Positions 35,174 through 46,784 of a stretch of 64,000 nucleotides of DNA are shown piece by piece (the first letter of the stretch is position 1; each line of letters begins with the position of its first letter). Position numbers and translations under genes: made by a program. The stretch is from Gammaproteobacteria bacterium (GTDB lineage: Bacteria > Pseudomonadota > Gammaproteobacteria > Steroidobacterales > Foliamicaceae). The notes beneath the pieces were generated by a model. The model did not search any database and had not been told where the DNA came from. It saw only the letters and a list, made by a program, of their open reading frames with translations. The stretch is from positions 2,344,857-2,408,856 of the forward strand of contig OZ220729.1 in NCBI GenBank assembly GCA_965116895.1. Reading direction: 5' to 3'.

Positions 35174-35530
35174 GGCTTCTTCTACGAGGCGGACGATGGC
35201 CATGGGGGCGGCGTCGCCGGGGCGGTGGCCTTTTTTCAAGATGCTCAGGTAGCCGCCGGAGCGTTCCTTGAAGCGGGGGCCTAGTTCGTCGAACAGTTTG
35301 CCGACGGCTTTCTTGTTGCGCAGGCGGTTGAAGGCGAGGCGCCTTCTCGCCACGCCGTCTTCGCCGGCGAGCGTGATCAGGGGTTCCACCACGCGGCGCA
35401 GTTCCTTGGCCTTGGGGACGGTGGTGGTGATGCTCTCGTGCTCGATCAGCGAGGCGGCCATGTTGCGGAACATGGCGCGCCGGTGGTCGCTGGTGCGTCC
35501 CAGGCTGCGGCCGGATTTGCGATGTCGCAT
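35159..35530 (-). CDS. rplQ: 50S ribosomal protein L17
   Basis: [24 protein letters not shown] is the canonical N-terminus; the gene follows rpoA. Confidence 0.97.
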   Translation of the reverse strand: MRHRKSGRSLGRTSDHRRAMFRNMAASLIEHESITTTVPKAKELRRVVEPLITLAGEDGVARRRLAFNRLRNKKAVGKLFDELGPRFKERSGGYLSILKKGHRPGDAAPMAIVRLVEEAETAN

Positions 35531-35574
35531 GACGAGACCTCTAGCTCGGTCAGGGGTCGGGGGTCAGGCCGCGT

Positions 35575-36570
35575 TCAGGCGGCGGTCTTGAGCCCGGCAG
35601 GCGGCCACTCGGGCAGTTCGGAGCCCAGCTCCAGGCCGCGCTCGCCGAGCTTCTCCTGGATTTCGGTCAGGGAGCGCTTGCCGAGGTTGGGCGTGCGCAG
35701 CAGTTCGGCGTCGGTCTTCTGCACCAGGTCGCCCACGTAGTGGATGTTTTCGGCCTTGAGGCAGTTCACCGAACGGGCGTTGAGCTGCAGGTCCTCGATC
35801 GGCGACATGTAGAGCTGGCGCAGTTGCGGGTCGATGCCCATCAGGCCCACGTTCTCGCTCGGCGCCAGGTCCACGAACACGGTGAGCTGGTCGCGCAGGA
35901 TTTCGCCGGCGCGGCGCACGGCGTCGCCCGGGTCGATGGCGCCGTTGGTCTCCAGCTCCACGATCAGGCGGTCGAGGTCGGTGCGGCGTTCCACGCGCGC
36001 GGCCTCCACGTCGTAGCTGACGCGCTTGACCGGGCTGAACGAGGCGTCGAGCTGAAGCCGGCCCATCGTGACGCTGCCCTCGGTGACGTCGGCCATGCGA
36101 GTGGCCGGACGGTAGCCGCGGCCGGTGGCCACGGTGAGGCGCATGCTCAGTTCCACGCCGGAAGTGAGCGTGGCGATGTGCTGGTCCGGGTTGACCACCT
36201 CGACGTCATGGTCGGTGGCGATGTCGCCGGCCGTGACCTGGCCCGGCCCCTTCTTCACCAGCATCAGCTCGGCGCTGGCGCGCGCGTGCATGCGCACGGC
36301 CACGTCCTTGAGGTTCAGCAGGATTTCCACCACGTCTTCCTTGACCCCCTCGATGGAGCTGTATTCATGCAGCACTTCGTTCTGGATCTCGGCCTCGATG
36401 ATGGCGGCGCCCGGCATGCTCGACAGCAGCAGGCGGCGCAGCGCGTTGCCGAGCGTATGGCCGAAGCCGCGCTCCAGGGGCTCGATGGTGATGCGGGCGC
36501 GGTTCGCGTGGCCGCGCTCCTCCACGCGCACGATGCGGGGCTTCAGGAAGGTATGTACTGATTGGTCCAT
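35575..36570 (-). CDS. rpoA: DNA-directed RNA polymerase subunit alpha
   Basis: 331 aa. Contains [14 protein letters not shown] and the C-terminal domain motif [16 protein letters not shown]. Confidence 0.97.
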   Translation of the reverse strand: MDQSVHTFLKPRIVRVEERGHANRARITIEPLERGFGHTLGNALRRLLLSSMPGAAIIEAEIQNEVLHEYSSIEGVKEDVVEILLNLKDVAVRMHARASAELMLVKKGPGQVTAGDIATDHDVEVVNPDQHIATLTSGVELSMRLTVATGRGYRPATRMADVTEGSVTMGRLQLDASFSPVKRVSYDVEAARVERRTDLDRLIVELETNGAIDPGDAVRRAGEILRDQLTVFVDLAPSENVGLMGIDPQLRQLYMSPIEDLQLNARSVNCLKAENIHYVGDLVQKTDAELLRTPNLGKRSLTEIQEKLGERGLELGSELPEWPPAGLKTAA

Positions 36571-36586
36571 GGCGCTTGCACTCCTG

Positions 36587-37210
36587 CTACTTGGAATAAA
36601 GCTCTACAACCAGGCTTTCGTTGATGTCGGGCAGGATCTCGTCGCGCTCCGGCAGGCTCTTGACCGTGCCTGACAGCGCTTTCTGGTCCACCTCCAGCCA
36701 CTCGGGGAAACCGAGCTGGCGGGCAATCTCCAGGGCGTTCTGAATCCTGAGCTGTTCCTTCGCGCGCGGATGCACGGCAACGACGTCGCCCGCCTTGACC
36801 TGGTAGGACGGGATGTTGACCGCGCGGCCGTTGACCTGGATTCCGCGATGCGTAACGAGCTGCCGGGCCTCGGGCCGGGTGGCGCCGAAACCGAGGCGAT
36901 AAACGATATTGTCCAGGCGGCCTTCGAGCAGCCTCAGCAGGTTATCGCCGGTGGAGCCCTTCTGGCGCGCGGCGCGCTTGTAGTAGTTGCGGAACTGCCG
37001 CTCGAGCACGCCGTACATGCGCCTTAACTTCTGCTTCTCGCGAAGCTGCAGGCCGTAGTCGGAAATGCGACCGGGCCGCTGGGTGCTGCGCGCGCCGGGC
37101 ACGCGGTCGTGGCGGCACTTGTCTTCGAGCGAGCGGACCCGGCTCTTGAGCAACAGGTCGGTGCCCTCGCGGCGCGAGAGCTTGCATACGGGTCCGGTGT
37201 AACGGGCCAT
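36587..37210 (-). CDS. rpsD: 30S ribosomal protein S4
   Basis: [16 protein letters not shown]; 207 aa. Confidence 0.97.
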   Translation of the reverse strand: MARYTGPVCKLSRREGTDLLLKSRVRSLEDKCRHDRVPGARSTQRPGRISDYGLQLREKQKLRRMYGVLERQFRNYYKRAARQKGSTGDNLLRLLEGRLDNIVYRLGFGATRPEARQLVTHRGIQVNGRAVNIPSYQVKAGDVVAVHPRAKEQLRIQNALEIARQLGFPEWLEVDQKALSGTVKSLPERDEILPDINESLVVELYSK

Positions 37211-37223
37211 GGCTCAAACCTCC

Positions 37224-37610
37224 CTATACGCGGCGCCGCTTGGGGGCGCGGCAGCCGTTGTGCGGGATCGGGGTGACGTCCTCGATGTGGGTGATGCGGA
37301 ACCCGGCGGCGTTGAGCGCCCGCACCGCGGACTCGCGCCCGGGGCCGGGGCCGCGCACCCTGACCTGCAGGTTGGCCATGCCCATCTCGCGGGCGCGGTT
37401 GGCGGCGCGCTCGGCCGCCACCTGGGCGGCGAACGGCGTGGACTTGCGCGAACCGCGGAAGCCCGAGCCGCCGGAAGTGGCCCAGGACAGCGCGTTGCCC
37501 TGCGGGTCGGTGATCGTGATGATGGTGTTGTTGAACGACGCGTGGATGTGCGCGATGCCGTCCACGACATGACGCCTGGTCGCTTTCTTGCGGGGTTTGG
37601 GTTTTGCCAT
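37224..37610 (-). CDS. rpsK: 30S ribosomal protein S11
   Basis: [18 protein letters not shown]; 128 aa. Confidence 0.97.
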   Translation of the reverse strand: MAKPKPRKKATRRHVVDGIAHIHASFNNTIITITDPQGNALSWATSGGSGFRGSRKSTPFAAQVAAERAANRAREMGMANLQVRVRGPGPGRESAVRALNAAGFRITHIEDVTPIPHNGCRAPKRRRV

Positions 37611-37621
37611 CTCGATAACCC

Positions 37622-37978
37622 CTATTTGCGGATGGGCCGGCGCGGACCCTTGCGGGTGCGGGCGTTGGTGCGGCTGCGCTGGCCGCGCACCGGCAGACCG
37701 CGCCGGTGGCGCAGCCCGCGGTAACAGCCCAGGTCCATGAGCCGCTTGACGTTCATGGAGTTCTCGCGCCGCAGGTCGCCTTCGAGCTGGTAGCGGGCCA
37801 CGGTCGAGCGGATGCGCTCGACCGCGGGCTCGTCCAGGTCCTTGACCTGCACGTCCGGCTGGACGTTCGAGAGCTGGCAGATCTCCAGGGCCCGGCTGGG
37901 GCCGATGCCGAAGATGTGCGTGAGCGCCACGTGCACGTGCTTGTACACGGGCACGTTGATGCCGGCTATTCGCGCCAT
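37622..37978 (-). CDS. rpsM: 30S ribosomal protein S13
   Basis: Start at internal ATG 37978 gives [10 protein letters not shown]; 118 aa. Confidence 0.95.
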   Translation of the reverse strand: MARIAGINVPVYKHVHVALTHIFGIGPSRALEICQLSNVQPDVQVKDLDEPAVERIRSTVARYQLEGDLRRENSMNVKRLMDLGCYRGLRHRRGLPVRGQRSRTNARTRKGPRRPIRK

Positions 37979-37980
37979 GC

Positions 37981-38094
37981 TCAGCCCTGCCTTTGCTTGT
38001 GCCGCGGGTCCGTGCACAGGACCCGGAGCACGCCCTTGCGCCGCACGATCTTGCAGTTGCGGCAGATCTTCTTGACCGATGCGCGTACTTTCAT
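37981..38094 (-). CDS. rpmJ: 50S ribosomal protein L36
   Basis: Hand translation gives [37 protein letters not shown]. It is below the ORF-track cutoff. Confidence 0.93.
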   Translation of the reverse strand: MKVRASVKKICRNCKIVRRKGVLRVLCTDPRHKQRQG

Positions 38095-38127
38095 GCTTGC
38101 GTCTCCTTCAGGCCGTCAGCCCGGCGC

Positions 38128-39477
38128 TCAGCGCAGTCCCCTGCGCCCGTACGAGCCGAGATTGGCTTTCTTCATCAGGCCCTCGTACTGGTGCGACATC
38201 ATGTGCGCCTGAAGCTGGGCCAGGAAATCCATGGTGACCACCACCATGATGAGCAGCGAGGTGCCGCCGAAATAGAACGGCACCTGCCATTGCATGATCA
38301 GGAACTCGGGCATCAGGCACACGCCGGTGATGTAGATGCCGCCCCACAGCGTGATGCGGGTCAGCACCCGGTCGATGTAGTTGGCGGTCTGCTGGCCGGG
38401 GCGGATGCCGGGGATGAAGGCGCCCGAGCGCTGCAGGTTCTCGGCGGTGTCGCGCGCGTTGAACACCAGCGCGGTGTAGAAGAACGCGAAGAACATGATC
38501 AGCGCGCCGTACATCATCACGTAGATGGGCTGGCCCGGCGACAGCCGCGCGCCCAGCGTCTGCAGCCAGCTGAATCCCTCGGCCTGGCCGAACCAGGAGG
38601 CCAGCGTGGCCGGGAACAGGATGATGCTGCTGGCGAAGATCGGCGGGATCACGCCCGACATGTTGAGCTTGAACGGCAGGTGGCTGGACTGGCCGGCATA
38701 CATGCGCCGGCCCTGCATGCGCTTGGCGTAGTTGACCGGGATGCGCCGCTGGGCGCGCTCCACGAACACCACGAAGGCGGTCACGGCCAGGATCAGCAGC
38801 ATAAGGATCAGCGCGAAGGCGCCGTTCAGCTCGCCGGTGCTGACCAGTTGCAGGGTGCCGCCGAAGGCCGACGGCAGCCCGGCCAGGATGCTGGCCAGGA
38901 TGATCATGGAAATGCCGTTGCCGATGCCGCGCTCGGTGATCTGCTCGCCCAGCCACATCAGGAACACGGTGCCGGTGGTGAGCGTGATGGCGGCGGTCAG
39001 CACGAAGCCGGGGCCGGGGTTGATGACCACGCCCTGGCCCTGCAGCGCCACCGACATGGCGATGGACTGGAAGGCGGCCAGGATGACGGTGAAATAACGC
39101 GTGTACTTGACGATCTGGCGGCGGCCGGACTCGCCTTCCTTGCGGAGCTGGGCAAGGGTGGGCACGACCACGCCGGCGAGCTGCATGATGATCGACGCGG
39201 ATATGTAGGGCATGATGCCGAGCGCGAAGATCGACAGCCTCTCCAGCGCACCGCCGGAGAACATGTTCATCATGCTCAGGATGGTGCCTTCCTGCTGCTG
39301 GAAGAACTGGGCCAGCGCCTCGGGATCCACTCCGGGCACGGGGATGAAGGCGCCGATGCGGTACACGACCAGCGCGCCGGCCAGGAACAGCAGGCGCTTG
39401 CGCAACTCGCCGAAGCGCGTGGCCTCGCCAAGCGCCGCGGCGGGGTTGAACGTGCCGGCCTGTCCGCGCCGCGCCAT
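38128..39477 (-). CDS. secY: Preprotein translocase subunit SecY
   Basis: 449 aa and polytopic. Contains [16 protein letters not shown]. Confidence 0.97.
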   Translation of the reverse strand: MARRGQAGTFNPAAALGEATRFGELRKRLLFLAGALVVYRIGAFIPVPGVDPEALAQFFQQQEGTILSMMNMFSGGALERLSIFALGIMPYISASIIMQLAGVVVPTLAQLRKEGESGRRQIVKYTRYFTVILAAFQSIAMSVALQGQGVVINPGPGFVLTAAITLTTGTVFLMWLGEQITERGIGNGISMIILASILAGLPSAFGGTLQLVSTGELNGAFALILMLLILAVTAFVVFVERAQRRIPVNYAKRMQGRRMYAGQSSHLPFKLNMSGVIPPIFASSIILFPATLASWFGQAEGFSWLQTLGARLSPGQPIYVMMYGALIMFFAFFYTALVFNARDTAENLQRSGAFIPGIRPGQQTANYIDRVLTRITLWGGIYITGVCLMPEFLIMQWQVPFYFGGTSLLIMVVVTMDFLAQLQAHMMSHQYEGLMKKANLGSYGRRGLR

Positions 39478-39941
39478 CAGTCTTTCTTCGAGGGCGAGAC
39501 GCCCTCGCTCCCGGAATCTTCGACGGAACCGCCGGCCTCTTCGATCGCCTTGCGCGCACCGGGGGTCGCCGCAATGCCTACCAGCTTCACCGGCTTCTTG
39601 ATTTCGCCGCTCAGGAACACCTTCGCGGCGCGCGTGTCGAAGCGCGCCAGGCCGCGCTCCTTGAGCAGCGCCAGGTCAACGGTCTTCTCGCCCAGGCCGG
39701 CGATCTCGCCGGTGCGGACGCGGGCCGTGTAGCGTGCGGTGCGCGAAGCGAAGCCCACCTTGGGCAGGCGCCGCTGCAGCGGCATCTGGCCGCCCTCGAA
39801 ACCGCGTATGACGCCGGACCCCGAGCGCGAGCCCTGGCCCTTGTGGCCGCGGCCACAGGTCTTTCCGCCGCCGGCGGATGCGCCGCGCCCTACGCGCTTG
39901 CGGTGCTTGCGCCCGCCGGGTTGCTTCAGCGAGTTCAGCAT
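39477..39941 (-). CDS. rplO: 50S ribosomal protein L15 (with ~10-aa C-terminal extension)
   Basis: ATG 39941 gives [20 protein letters not shown]...; 154 aa. Its stop overlaps the secY ATG. Confidence 0.93.
   Translation of the reverse strand: MLNSLKQPGGRKHRKRVGRGASAGGGKTCGRGHKGQGSRSGSGVIRGFEGGQMPLQRRLPKVGFASRTARYTARVRTGEIAGLGEKTVDLALLKERGLARFDTRAAKVFLSGEIKKPVKLVGIAATPGARKAIEEAGGSVEDSGSEGVSPSKKD
39490..39512. repeat. REP-like hairpin element GAGGGCG-aga-CGCCCTC-GCTCCC inside the last 13 codons of rplO, 13..35 nt upstream of the secY ATG
   Basis: Direct read; see 23960..23982. Confidence 0.7.
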
Positions 39942-40138
39942 CAGTCGAGCTCCTCGACGTCGAGCATGTACGAGACCTTGCGCACCATCCCGAGGTTCTC
40001 GGGCGTGGCGGGCACGGTCACGGCCTGGCGTATGCGCCTCAAGCCCAGGCCGCGCACGCAGGCCTGGTGCTTGCGCAGGCGCCCGTGCAGGCTGCGCTTG
40101 AGCGTGATCCGCACGTTTTTCTGCTTCGCCTTCGCCAT
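39941..40138 (-). CDS. rpmD: 50S ribosomal protein L30
   Basis: [19 protein letters not shown]...; 65 aa. Confidence 0.93.
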   Translation of the reverse strand: MAKAKQKNVRITLKRSLHGRLRKHQACVRGLGLRRIRQAVTVPATPENLGMVRKVSYMLDVEELD

Positions 40139-40638
40139 TACGCCACGATCTCCTTGACGGACTTGCCGCGTATCCGGGCGACCTGGCCCGGCGAGCGGGC
40201 CTCGTGCAGCGCCCTGACGGTGGCGCGCACCACGTTGATCGGGTTGCGCGAGCCGTACGACTTGGCCAGCACGTTGCGCACGCCGCAGCACTCGAACACG
40301 GCGCGCATGGCGCCGCCGGCGATGATGCCGGTGCCCTCGGCGGCCGGCTGCATGTACACCTTGGTGGCGCCATGGCGCCCGGTCATGGCGTAGTGCAGCG
40401 TGCCGCGCTTGAGCTTCACGGGCTTCATCTCGACGCGCGCCTGGGCCAGCGACTTCTGGATCGCCAGCGGCACTTCGCGGGCCTTGCTGTGGCCGAAGCC
40501 CACCTGTCCGGCCCCGTCGCCGACCACGGTCAGCGCGGTGAAGCCGAACTGCCGGCCGCCCTTGACCACCTTGGCCACGCGGTTGACGTGCACCAGCTTC
40601 TCGAGCAGGTCTTCGCGGGATTCGTTGTCGTTCGCCAT
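40138..40638 (-). CDS. rpsE: 30S ribosomal protein S5
   Basis: [27 protein letters not shown]; 166 aa. Confidence 0.97.
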   Translation of the reverse strand: MANDNESREDLLEKLVHVNRVAKVVKGGRQFGFTALTVVGDGAGQVGFGHSKAREVPLAIQKSLAQARVEMKPVKLKRGTLHYAMTGRHGATKVYMQPAAEGTGIIAGGAMRAVFECCGVRNVLAKSYGSRNPINVVRATVRALHEARSPGQVARIRGKSVKEIVA

Positions 40639-40653
40639 AACTCGCGTTTCTCG

Positions 40654-41007
40654 CTAAAACTTAAGCCCGGCTTCGCGCGCGGCGTCGGCCAGCGCCTTGA
40701 TCCGCCCGTGATAGCGGAAGCCCGAGCGGTCGAAGGAGACGGCCTTTACGCCGGCTTCGGCGGCCTTCTCGGCCAGTTGCTTGCCCACCGCCTTGGCCGC
40801 TTCGACGTTGCCGGTGTTCGCGACTTCCCCGCGCAGCTTGAGCGTCGAAGCCGACGCCAGCACCTTGCCGCCGGCGGGCTCGATGAGCTGGGCGTAGATG
40901 TGCCGGGGCGTGCGGTGCACGCTGAGCCTCGGCGATCCCAGCCGCGCGATCCGCGCGCGCGTCTTGCGGGCGCGCCGGGCGCGGGCGGTCTTCTTGTTGG
41001 TGGCCAT
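40654..41007 (-). CDS. rplR: 50S ribosomal protein L18
   Basis: [14 protein letters not shown]...[11 protein letters not shown]; 117 aa. Confidence 0.97.
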   Translation of the reverse strand: MATNKKTARARRARKTRARIARLGSPRLSVHRTPRHIYAQLIEPAGGKVLASASTLKLRGEVANTGNVEAAKAVGKQLAEKAAEAGVKAVSFDRSGFRYHGRIKALADAAREAGLKF

Positions 41008-41022
41008 GACGCTACACCCCGC

Positions 41023-41556
41023 CTACTTCTTCTTGGCTTCCTTGAGGCGCAACTGCTCGCCGAAATAGCGCACGCCCTTGCCCTTGTAGGGCTCCGGCGG
41101 GCGCAGGGCGCGGATTTCCGCGGCGGCCTGGCCGACGAGCTGGCGGTTGATCGATTCGAGCACGATTTCGGTCTGCGAGGGCGTCTTCACCGACACCTTG
41201 TCCGCCACCTTGTATTCGACGGGGTGCGAAAAGCCCAGTTGCAGGGCCAGCGTGCTGCCCTTGGCCTCGGCGCGGTAGCCGGTGCCGACGAGTTGCAGGC
41301 GGCGCTCGAAGCCCTGGCTGACGCCGGTGAACAGGTTGCGCACCAAAGCGCAGGTGGTGCCGGTCATGCTGCGCGCGAGGCGCGAACCGGAACGCGGGGC
41401 CACGACCACGGCGCCGTCGTCGAGCTTCATGCTGATCTCGCTGTGAACGGTCATCGAGTCCTCGCCCCTGGGACCCTTCGCGGTCAGCGCGCCGTTGGCC
41501 AGGCTGGCGGTTACGCCGTCCGGGACGGGAATCGGTCGTTTGGCCAGGCGGGACAT
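41023..41556 (-). CDS. rplF: 50S ribosomal protein L6
   Basis: MSRLAKRPIPVPDGV...YKGKGVRY; 177 aa. Confidence 0.97.
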   Translation of the reverse strand: MSRLAKRPIPVPDGVTASLANGALTAKGPRGEDSMTVHSEISMKLDDGAVVVAPRSGSRLARSMTGTTCALVRNLFTGVSQGFERRLQLVGTGYRAEAKGSTLALQLGFSHPVEYKVADKVSVKTPSQTEIVLESINRQLVGQAAAEIRALRPPEPYKGKGVRYFGEQLRLKEAKKK

Positions 41557-41559
41557 GGT

Positions 41560-41958
41560 TCAGCTCACCACGCAGAGCACTTCGCCGCCCTGCCCGGACG
41601 CGCGCGACTCGCGGTCGCTCATCACGCCCTTGGAAGTGGAAATCACGGCCACGCCGAGGCCGCCCATGACCCGCGGCAGGTCGTCGGCGCGGCGATAGAC
41701 CCTAAGACCCGGCCGCGAGGCGCGCTCGAGCCGGCGGATGACCGGTTCGCCCTGCACGTACTTGAGCTCGATGCGCAGCGTGCGCTCGGGCCCGGGCTCG
41801 CCGGTGGTCTCGTAGCCCTCGATATAGCCCTCGGACTGGAGCACGCGCGCGATCGCCTCCTTGATCTTCGCGCCGGGCATGGACACGTTGTCGTGCAGCG
41901 CCGCCTGCGCGTTGCGGATGCGCGTCAGCATATCGGAGATGGGGTCTTGCAGGCTCAT
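41560..41958 (-). CDS. rpsH: 30S ribosomal protein S8
   Basis: [17 protein letters not shown]; 132 aa. Confidence 0.97.
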   Translation of the reverse strand: MSLQDPISDMLTRIRNAQAALHDNVSMPGAKIKEAIARVLQSEGYIEGYETTGEPGPERTLRIELKYVQGEPVIRRLERASRPGLRVYRRADDLPRVMGGLGVAVISTSKGVMSDRESRASGQGGEVLCVVS

Positions 41959-41968
41959 GCGTGCGTTC

Positions 41969-42274
41969 CTACCACGACGCCTTGCTCACGCCGGGGATGT
42001 TGCCGAACATGGTTTCCTCGCGCAGCTTGTTGCGGCTCAGGCCGAACTTCTTGAAATAGCCGCGCGGGCGGCCGGTGATGGCGCAGCGGTTGCGCAGGCG
42101 CACCGGGCTGGAGTCGCGCGGCAGGCGCTGCAGCGCCTCGAGCGCGTCGGCCAGGTCGTCCGGGCTCGTGGAGCGGTCGGCGATGATGCGCTTGAGTTCG
42201 GTCCGGCGTTCGCGGTAGCGCTCCACCATGCGCCGGCGCTTCTTCTCGCGTTCCACCATGCTCTTCTTGGCCAT
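41969..42274 (-). CDS. rpsN: 30S ribosomal protein S14
   Basis: Internal ATG 42274 gives [13 protein letters not shown]; it ends with KASW. 101 aa. Confidence 0.95.
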   Translation of the reverse strand: MAKKSMVEREKKRRRMVERYRERRTELKRIIADRSTSPDDLADALEALQRLPRDSSPVRLRNRCAITGRPRGYFKKFGLSRNKLREETMFGNIPGVSKASW

Positions 42275-42278
42275 GCGC

Positions 42279-42818
42279 CTACCTCTTGAATGGAAAATTG
42301 AACTCATCGAGCAGGGCGCGGCCCTGTTCGTCGTTCACCGCCGTCGTGGTGATGGCGATGTCGAGGCCGCGGATGACGTCGATGTTGTCGTAGTTGATTT
42401 CGGGAAAGATGATCTGCTCGGACACGCCGATGCTGTAGTTCCCGCGGCCGTCGAAGGAGCGGGGGTTCAGGCCCCGGAAGTCGCGGATGCGGGGAATGGC
42501 CACGTTGACCAGGCGCTCGATGAAGTCGTACATGCGCGCGCGGCGCAGCGTGACCTTGCAGCCCAGGGGGTAGCCTTCGCGCACCTTGAACGTGGCCACC
42601 GAACGGCGCGCGTAGGTGATCACGGCCCGCTGTCCGGCGATCAGGGTCAGGTCCTCGGCGGCTTTCTTTACCGCGCCGCGATCGGTCGTGCCCTCGCCCA
42701 CGCCCATGTTGAGCGTGATCTTGGCGAGCCTGGGCGCCTGCATCGGATTGCTGAGGTTCAGCCGCTCCATCAGGCGCGGCGCCATCTCGCTGCGGTAGGT
42801 CTGTTCGAGCGCGCTCAT
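42279..42818 (-). CDS. rplE: 50S ribosomal protein L5
   Basis: 179 aa. Contains ITLNMGVGE...[10 protein letters not shown]. Confidence 0.97.
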   Translation of the reverse strand: MSALEQTYRSEMAPRLMERLNLSNPMQAPRLAKITLNMGVGEGTTDRGAVKKAAEDLTLIAGQRAVITYARRSVATFKVREGYPLGCKVTLRRARMYDFIERLVNVAIPRIRDFRGLNPRSFDGRGNYSIGVSEQIIFPEINYDNIDVIRGLDIAITTTAVNDEQGRALLDEFNFPFKR

Positions 42819-43135
42819 ACGGTGTCGATGACCTCGCCGTCGCTCTTGAAGTAGCGCACCCGCTGACCCTCGGCCAGCGTCTTGATGCCGATTCGCCCGC
42901 CCTTCTCGGTGGCGGGGTTGTAGAGCGCCACGTTGGAGACATGCAGCGGACGCTCTTCCTCGACGATGCCGCCGGGCTGGTTCTGCTGCGGGTTGGGCTT
43001 GCGGTGCTTGCGCACCAGGTTCACGTTCTCGACCAGCACGCGGTCCTCGCCGACCAGGCGCGTGACGACGCCCCGCGCGCCGCGGTTGCGGCCCGTGGTG
43101 ACGATGACTTCGTCGCCTGTCTTCAAGCGCTTCAT
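42815..43135 (-). CDS. rplX: 50S ribosomal protein L24
   Basis: [19 protein letters not shown] (KOW motif); 106 aa. Confidence 0.97.
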   Translation of the reverse strand: MKRLKTGDEVIVTTGRNRGARGVVTRLVGEDRVLVENVNLVRKHRKPNPQQNQPGGIVEEERPLHVSNVALYNPATEKGGRIGIKTLAEGQRVRYFKSDGEVIDTV

Positions 43136-43139
43136 GAGG

Positions 43140-43508
43140 CTAGAGCACCTCCGGGGCCAGCGAGACGATCTTCATGAAGCGGGCCGAGCGCAGCTCGCGC
43201 GTGACGGGGCCGAAGATGCGCGTGCCCACGGGTTCCAGGCGCGGGTTCAGGAGCACCGCGGCGTTGCCGTCGAAACGGATCAGCGAGCCGTCGGGGCGCC
43301 GCACGCCGCTGCGGGTGCGCACCACCACGGCGTGATAAAGCTCGCCCTTGCGCACGCGCCCGCGAGGCACGGAGTCCTTGACGGTCACGCGGATCACGTC
43401 GCCGATGCGCGCATAGCGCCGGCGCGATCCGCCCAGCACCTTGATGCACTGCAACTTTCTCGCGCCGGAGTTGTCGGCCGCGTTCAATACGGTTTGGGCT
43501 TGAATCAT
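43140..43508 (-). CDS. rplN: 50S ribosomal protein L14
   Basis: [18 protein letters not shown]; 122 aa. Confidence 0.97.
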   Translation of the reverse strand: MIQAQTVLNAADNSGARKLQCIKVLGGSRRRYARIGDVIRVTVKDSVPRGRVRKGELYHAVVVRTRSGVRRPDGSLIRFDGNAAVLLNPRLEPVGTRIFGPVTRELRSARFMKIVSLAPEVL

Positions 43509-43524
43509 GACCGCGGGTCCTCAC

Positions 43525-43782
43525 TCAGTCGCTGCTCCCGTCCGCGCGCCGAAGCACGCGCACCAGCCTCCAGGACTTGCGGCGCGACACCGGACGGCCA
43601 TCGGCGATGGCGATCAGGTCGCCTTCGCGCGAAGTGTTGTCCTCGTCGTGAATCAGCATGCGCGTGGTGCGCCGCACGTATTTGCCGTACATGGGATGCT
43701 TCACGAGGCGCTCCACGGCCACCCGCCGGGTCTTGTCGGACCCGCCGGGAAGGACCCGCGCCGTGCGTTCCGAGGCGCTCAT
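43525..43782 (-). CDS. rpsQ: 30S ribosomal protein S17
   Basis: VERLVKHPMYGKYVRRTTRMLIHDE; 85 aa. Confidence 0.95.
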   Translation of the reverse strand: MSASERTARVLPGGSDKTRRVAVERLVKHPMYGKYVRRTTRMLIHDEDNTSREGDLIAIADGRPVSRRKSWRLVRVLRRADGSSD

Positions 43783-43967
43783 GATCCGGCCTCGCGCAAT
43801 ACGGTCTTCACCCGCGCGATGTCGCGGCGCAGCTGGCTGTGGCGATGCACGCGCGCCTCCTGCCCCGTGGCCTGGCTCAGGCGCATCTGCAACTGCTCGC
43901 GCCGGAGCTCCACAAGCCGCTGCCTGAGCCCGGCGGCGTCCAGTTCCCTGAGTTCGGAAGCCTTCAT
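43779..43967 (-). CDS. rpmC: 50S ribosomal protein L29
   Basis: [24 protein letters not shown]; 62 aa. Confidence 0.95.
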   Translation of the reverse strand: MKASELRELDAAGLRQRLVELRREQLQMRLSQATGQEARVHRHSQLRRDIARVKTVLREAGS

Positions 43968-44377
43968 TGCAGTTGCCTTTGTACGAACGCGGTATTCACC
44001 GGCAGCTTGGATGACGCCAGCCGGAAGGCCTCGCGCGCCAGCGGCTCGGGCACGCCCTCGATTTCATAGAGCATGCGGCCGGGCTGGACCAGCGAGACCC
44101 AGTATTCGACGTTGCCCTTGCCCTTGCCCTGGCGCACTTCCAGCGGCTTCTGGGTGATGGGTTTGTCCGGAAAGATGCGGATCCAGACCTTGCCGCCACG
44201 GCGCACGTGGCGGGTCAGCGCGCGCCGCGCAGCCTCGATCTGGCGGGCGGTGATGCGGCCGCGCGTGGTGGCCTTGAGGCCGTATTCGCCGAAGGCCACG
44301 AAATTGCCGCGCTGGGCCAGGCCGCGGTTGCGGCCCTTGTGCATCTTGCGGTACTTGGTGCGCTTGGGCTGCATCAT
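43964..44377 (-). CDS. rplP: 50S ribosomal protein L16
   Basis: [19 protein letters not shown] is found within the frame of ORF 43964..45439. The ATG overlaps the rpsC stop (ATGA). Confidence 0.95.
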   Translation of the reverse strand: MMQPKRTKYRKMHKGRNRGLAQRGNFVAFGEYGLKATTRGRITARQIEAARRALTRHVRRGGKVWIRIFPDKPITQKPLEVRQGKGKGNVEYWVSLVQPGRMLYEIEGVPEPLAREAFRLASSKLPVNTAFVQRQLQ

Positions 44378-45276
44378 GACGGCGTTACCGGTGTGGCGGG
44401 CTCCGCATCGGTTGCAGGCTCCGCGGGGGTTGCAGGCTCCGCATCGGTTGCAGGCTCCGCGGGGGTTGCGGGCTCCGCAGCGGCGGCGGGCGCCGCATCG
44501 GTGGCGGGCGTCGCATCGGTGGCCGGAGCCGCGGGCGTTGCCGGAGTCGCGGGCGTGGCCGGAGTCGCGGGCGTGGCCGGAGCCGCGGGCTTGGCCGGAG
44601 TCGCGGGCTTGGGCTCCGCGCCGGTCAGCGTGTCTGTGGGCGAGGACTTCTCGCCGCGGTAGATCCACACCTTCACGCCCACCACGCCGTAGGTGGTGAA
44701 GGCTTCCGCCAGGCCGTAGTCGATGTCGGCGCGGAAAGTGTGCAGCGGCACGCGGCCCTCGCGGTACCACTCCGAGCGGGCGATTTCGGCGCCGTTCAGC
44801 CGCCCGGACACCTTGACCTTGATGCCCTGGGCGCCGAGCCGCATCGTGGTGCTGACCGCGCGCCGCATGGCGCGGCGGAACATCACGCGGCGCTCGAGTT
44901 GCGAGGCGATGTTCTCGGCCACCAGCCGGGCGTACAGCTCGGGCTTCTTGATCTCCCTGATGTTCACACGCACCTGGTGCAACTGGGTGTCGATCAGCTT
45001 CGCGAGGTCGCGACGCAGCCTCTCGATGTCCTCGCCCTTCTTGCCGATGACGGTGCCGGGGCGGGCCGTGTGGATCTGGATCTGGGTGCTCTCGCGGTGG
45101 CGCTCGATGTCGATATGGCTCACCGCGGCGTCCTTGAGACGCTTGCGCAGCATCTCGCGGATCCGGTAGTCGGACTCGACCAGCGCCGGGAAATGCTTCG
45201 AATCGGCGTACCAGGTGGACGACCACGGCCGGGAGATGCCGAGACGGATGCCGATGGGATTTACTTTCTGGCCCAT
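44374..45276 (-). CDS. rpsC: 30S ribosomal protein S3 with ~80-aa Pro/Ala/Thr-rich C-terminal extension
   Basis: Internal ATG 45276 gives [13 protein letters not shown]. The conserved body ends near WIYRGEKS, and the tail is [23 protein letters not shown]...EPATPVTPS. 300 aa in total. Confidence 0.93.
   Translation of the reverse strand: MGQKVNPIGIRLGISRPWSSTWYADSKHFPALVESDYRIREMLRKRLKDAAVSHIDIERHRESTQIQIHTARPGTVIGKKGEDIERLRRDLAKLIDTQLHQVRVNIREIKKPELYARLVAENIASQLERRVMFRRAMRRAVSTTMRLGAQGIKVKVSGRLNGAEIARSEWYREGRVPLHTFRADIDYGLAEAFTTYGVVGVKVWIYRGEKSSPTDTLTGAEPKPATPAKPAAPATPATPATPATPATPAAPATDATPATDAAPAAAAEPATPAEPATDAEPATPAEPATDAEPATPVTPS
44377..44619 (-). repeat. Coding tandem repeats (18/36-nt periodicity) specifying the S3 PAT-rich tail
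   Basis: Repeated gcaggctccgcatcggtt / gcaggctccgcgggggtt and gccggagtcgcgggcgtg units are visible on the plus strand. Confidence 0.85.
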
Positions 45277-45278
45277 GG

Positions 45279-45653
45279 CTAGCTCTCGTCTTCCTCGCTG
45301 TCCCACCCGGACCCGCGCTGGTCGGACACCGTGAGGCTGATGTGAGTCTGGGGCTTGAGGATGCGCGCGCCACGGCCGCGGGCCCGGGCCCGGAAGCGGC
45401 GGAAGGGCTTGGCCTCGTCCACCAGGACGCTGCTGACATAGAGCTCGTCGATGTCGGCGCCGAAATTGGTCTGCGCGTTGGCGATGGCGGAGTTGAGCAC
45501 CTTGCCCATCAGCTGCGCCGCGCGCCTGGGCGTGAACGCCAGGGCGTTGGCGGCCTCCTCGACGTGGCGGCCGCGGATCATGTCGGCGGCCAGGCGCGTC
45601 TTGCGCGTCGAGATGCGGGCGTAGCGCAGGCGGGCGGAAACTTCCATCATCAT
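45279..45653 (-). CDS. rplV: 50S ribosomal protein L22 (short acidic C-terminal tail)
   Basis: [22 protein letters not shown]...; there are three possible ATG starts at 45653, 45650 and 45647. Confidence 0.95.
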   Translation of the reverse strand: MMMEVSARLRYARISTRKTRLAADMIRGRHVEEAANALAFTPRRAAQLMGKVLNSAIANAQTNFGADIDELYVSSVLVDEAKPFRRFRARARGRGARILKPQTHISLTVSDQRGSGWDSEEDES

Positions 45654-45666
45654 TCTCCGGGGGCGC

Positions 45667-45942
45667 TCATTCCTTGGCCTTGCGGTCGCCGGAGTGGGCG
45701 CGGAAAATGCGGGTGGGCGCGAACTCGCCGAGCTTGTGGCCCACCATGTTCTCGGAAATCAGGATCGGGATATGGTCGCGCCCGTTGTGCACCGCGATGG
45801 TGAGCCCGACCATGTCGGGCACGATCATCGAGCGGCGCGACCAGGTCTTGATCGGGCGCGGGCTGCGGTTGGCCGCGGCCACCTGCACCTTCTTCATCAG
45901 GTGCAGATCCACGAACGGGCCCTTGCGAAGCGACCGGGGCAT
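45667..45942 (-). CDS. rpsS: 30S ribosomal protein S19
   Basis: [15 protein letters not shown]; 91 aa. Confidence 0.97.
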   Translation of the reverse strand: MPRSLRKGPFVDLHLMKKVQVAAANRSPRPIKTWSRRSMIVPDMVGLTIAVHNGRDHIPILISENMVGHKLGEFAPTRIFRAHSGDRKAKE

Positions 45943-46769
45943 TACTTGCCCTTCCTTCGGCGCACGATCATGCGCTCGACGCCCTTGCGGCGGCGGGTGC
46001 GGTAGCCCTTGGTGGGCACGCCCCAGGGACTGACCGGGTGGCGCCCGCCCGACGAGCGGCCCTCGCCGCCGCCGTGCGGATGGTCCACCGGGTTCATGGC
46101 CACGCCGCGCACGGTGGGACGGATGCCCCGCCAGCGCTTGACGCCGGCCTTGCCGTCCTTGCGCAGGCCGTGCTGGTCGTTGCCCACCTCGCCGATGGTG
46201 GCGCGGCAGACGACGGGCACCTTGCGCATTTCGCCCGAGCGCATCCGCAACGTGGCGTGCGGGCCCTCGCGGGCCAGGAGCTGCGCGGAAGCGCCGGCGG
46301 CGCGGGCCAGCTGGCCGCCCCTGCCGGGCTTCATCTCGATGTTGTGGATCTGCGTGCCCAGCGGAATCCGGCTGAGCGGCAGGCAGTTGCCCGTGCGGAT
46401 CGGCGCCTCCAGTCCGGACATGAGCTGCTGGCCGGCCTTGACACCGTTCGGCGCCAGGATGTAGCGGCGCTCGCCGTCGGCATAGACCAGCAGCGCCAGG
46501 TGGGCGCTGCGGTTGGGGTCGTACTCCAGCCGCTCGACCCGCGCCGCGATGCCGTCCTTGTCGCGGCGGAAATCGACCACGCGGTAGTGGCGCTTGTGCC
46601 CGCCGCCGCGGTGCCGGGTCGTGATGCGCCCGGCGTTGTTGCGCCCGCCGCGGCCCGGCAGCGGCCTGGTGAGCGGCCTGTAGGGCTCGCCCTTGTGCAG
46701 TTCGGGCGTCACCACGCGCACCGCGAAGCGCTGCCCGGGCGTCGTGGGATTGAGTGGTTTCAGCGCCAT
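45942..46769 (-). CDS. rplB: 50S ribosomal protein L2
   Basis: 275 aa. Contains [18 protein letters not shown] and HPHGGGEG. Confidence 0.97.
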   Translation of the reverse strand: MALKPLNPTTPGQRFAVRVVTPELHKGEPYRPLTRPLPGRGGRNNAGRITTRHRGGGHKRHYRVVDFRRDKDGIAARVERLEYDPNRSAHLALLVYADGERRYILAPNGVKAGQQLMSGLEAPIRTGNCLPLSRIPLGTQIHNIEMKPGRGGQLARAAGASAQLLAREGPHATLRMRSGEMRKVPVVCRATIGEVGNDQHGLRKDGKAGVKRWRGIRPTVRGVAMNPVDHPHGGGEGRSSGGRHPVSPWGVPTKGYRTRRRKGVERMIVRRRKGK

Positions 46770-46784
46770 TTCTCTTTCCGCCCT

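Noticed and set aside
38108-40373. Alternative-frame ORFs of 488 and 298 aa overlapping secY, rplO and rpmD
   Set aside because: Frames with the canonical SecY, L15 and L30 sequences account for the region. The long ORFs are off-frame or read through into upstream genes.
44377-44619. Tandem repeats considered as a possible CRISPR array or minisatellite (also 35117..35173)
   Set aside because: The repeats are contiguous with no unique spacers. They lie in frame within rpsC, or at the rplQ stop for 35117..35173, and no cas genes are present.
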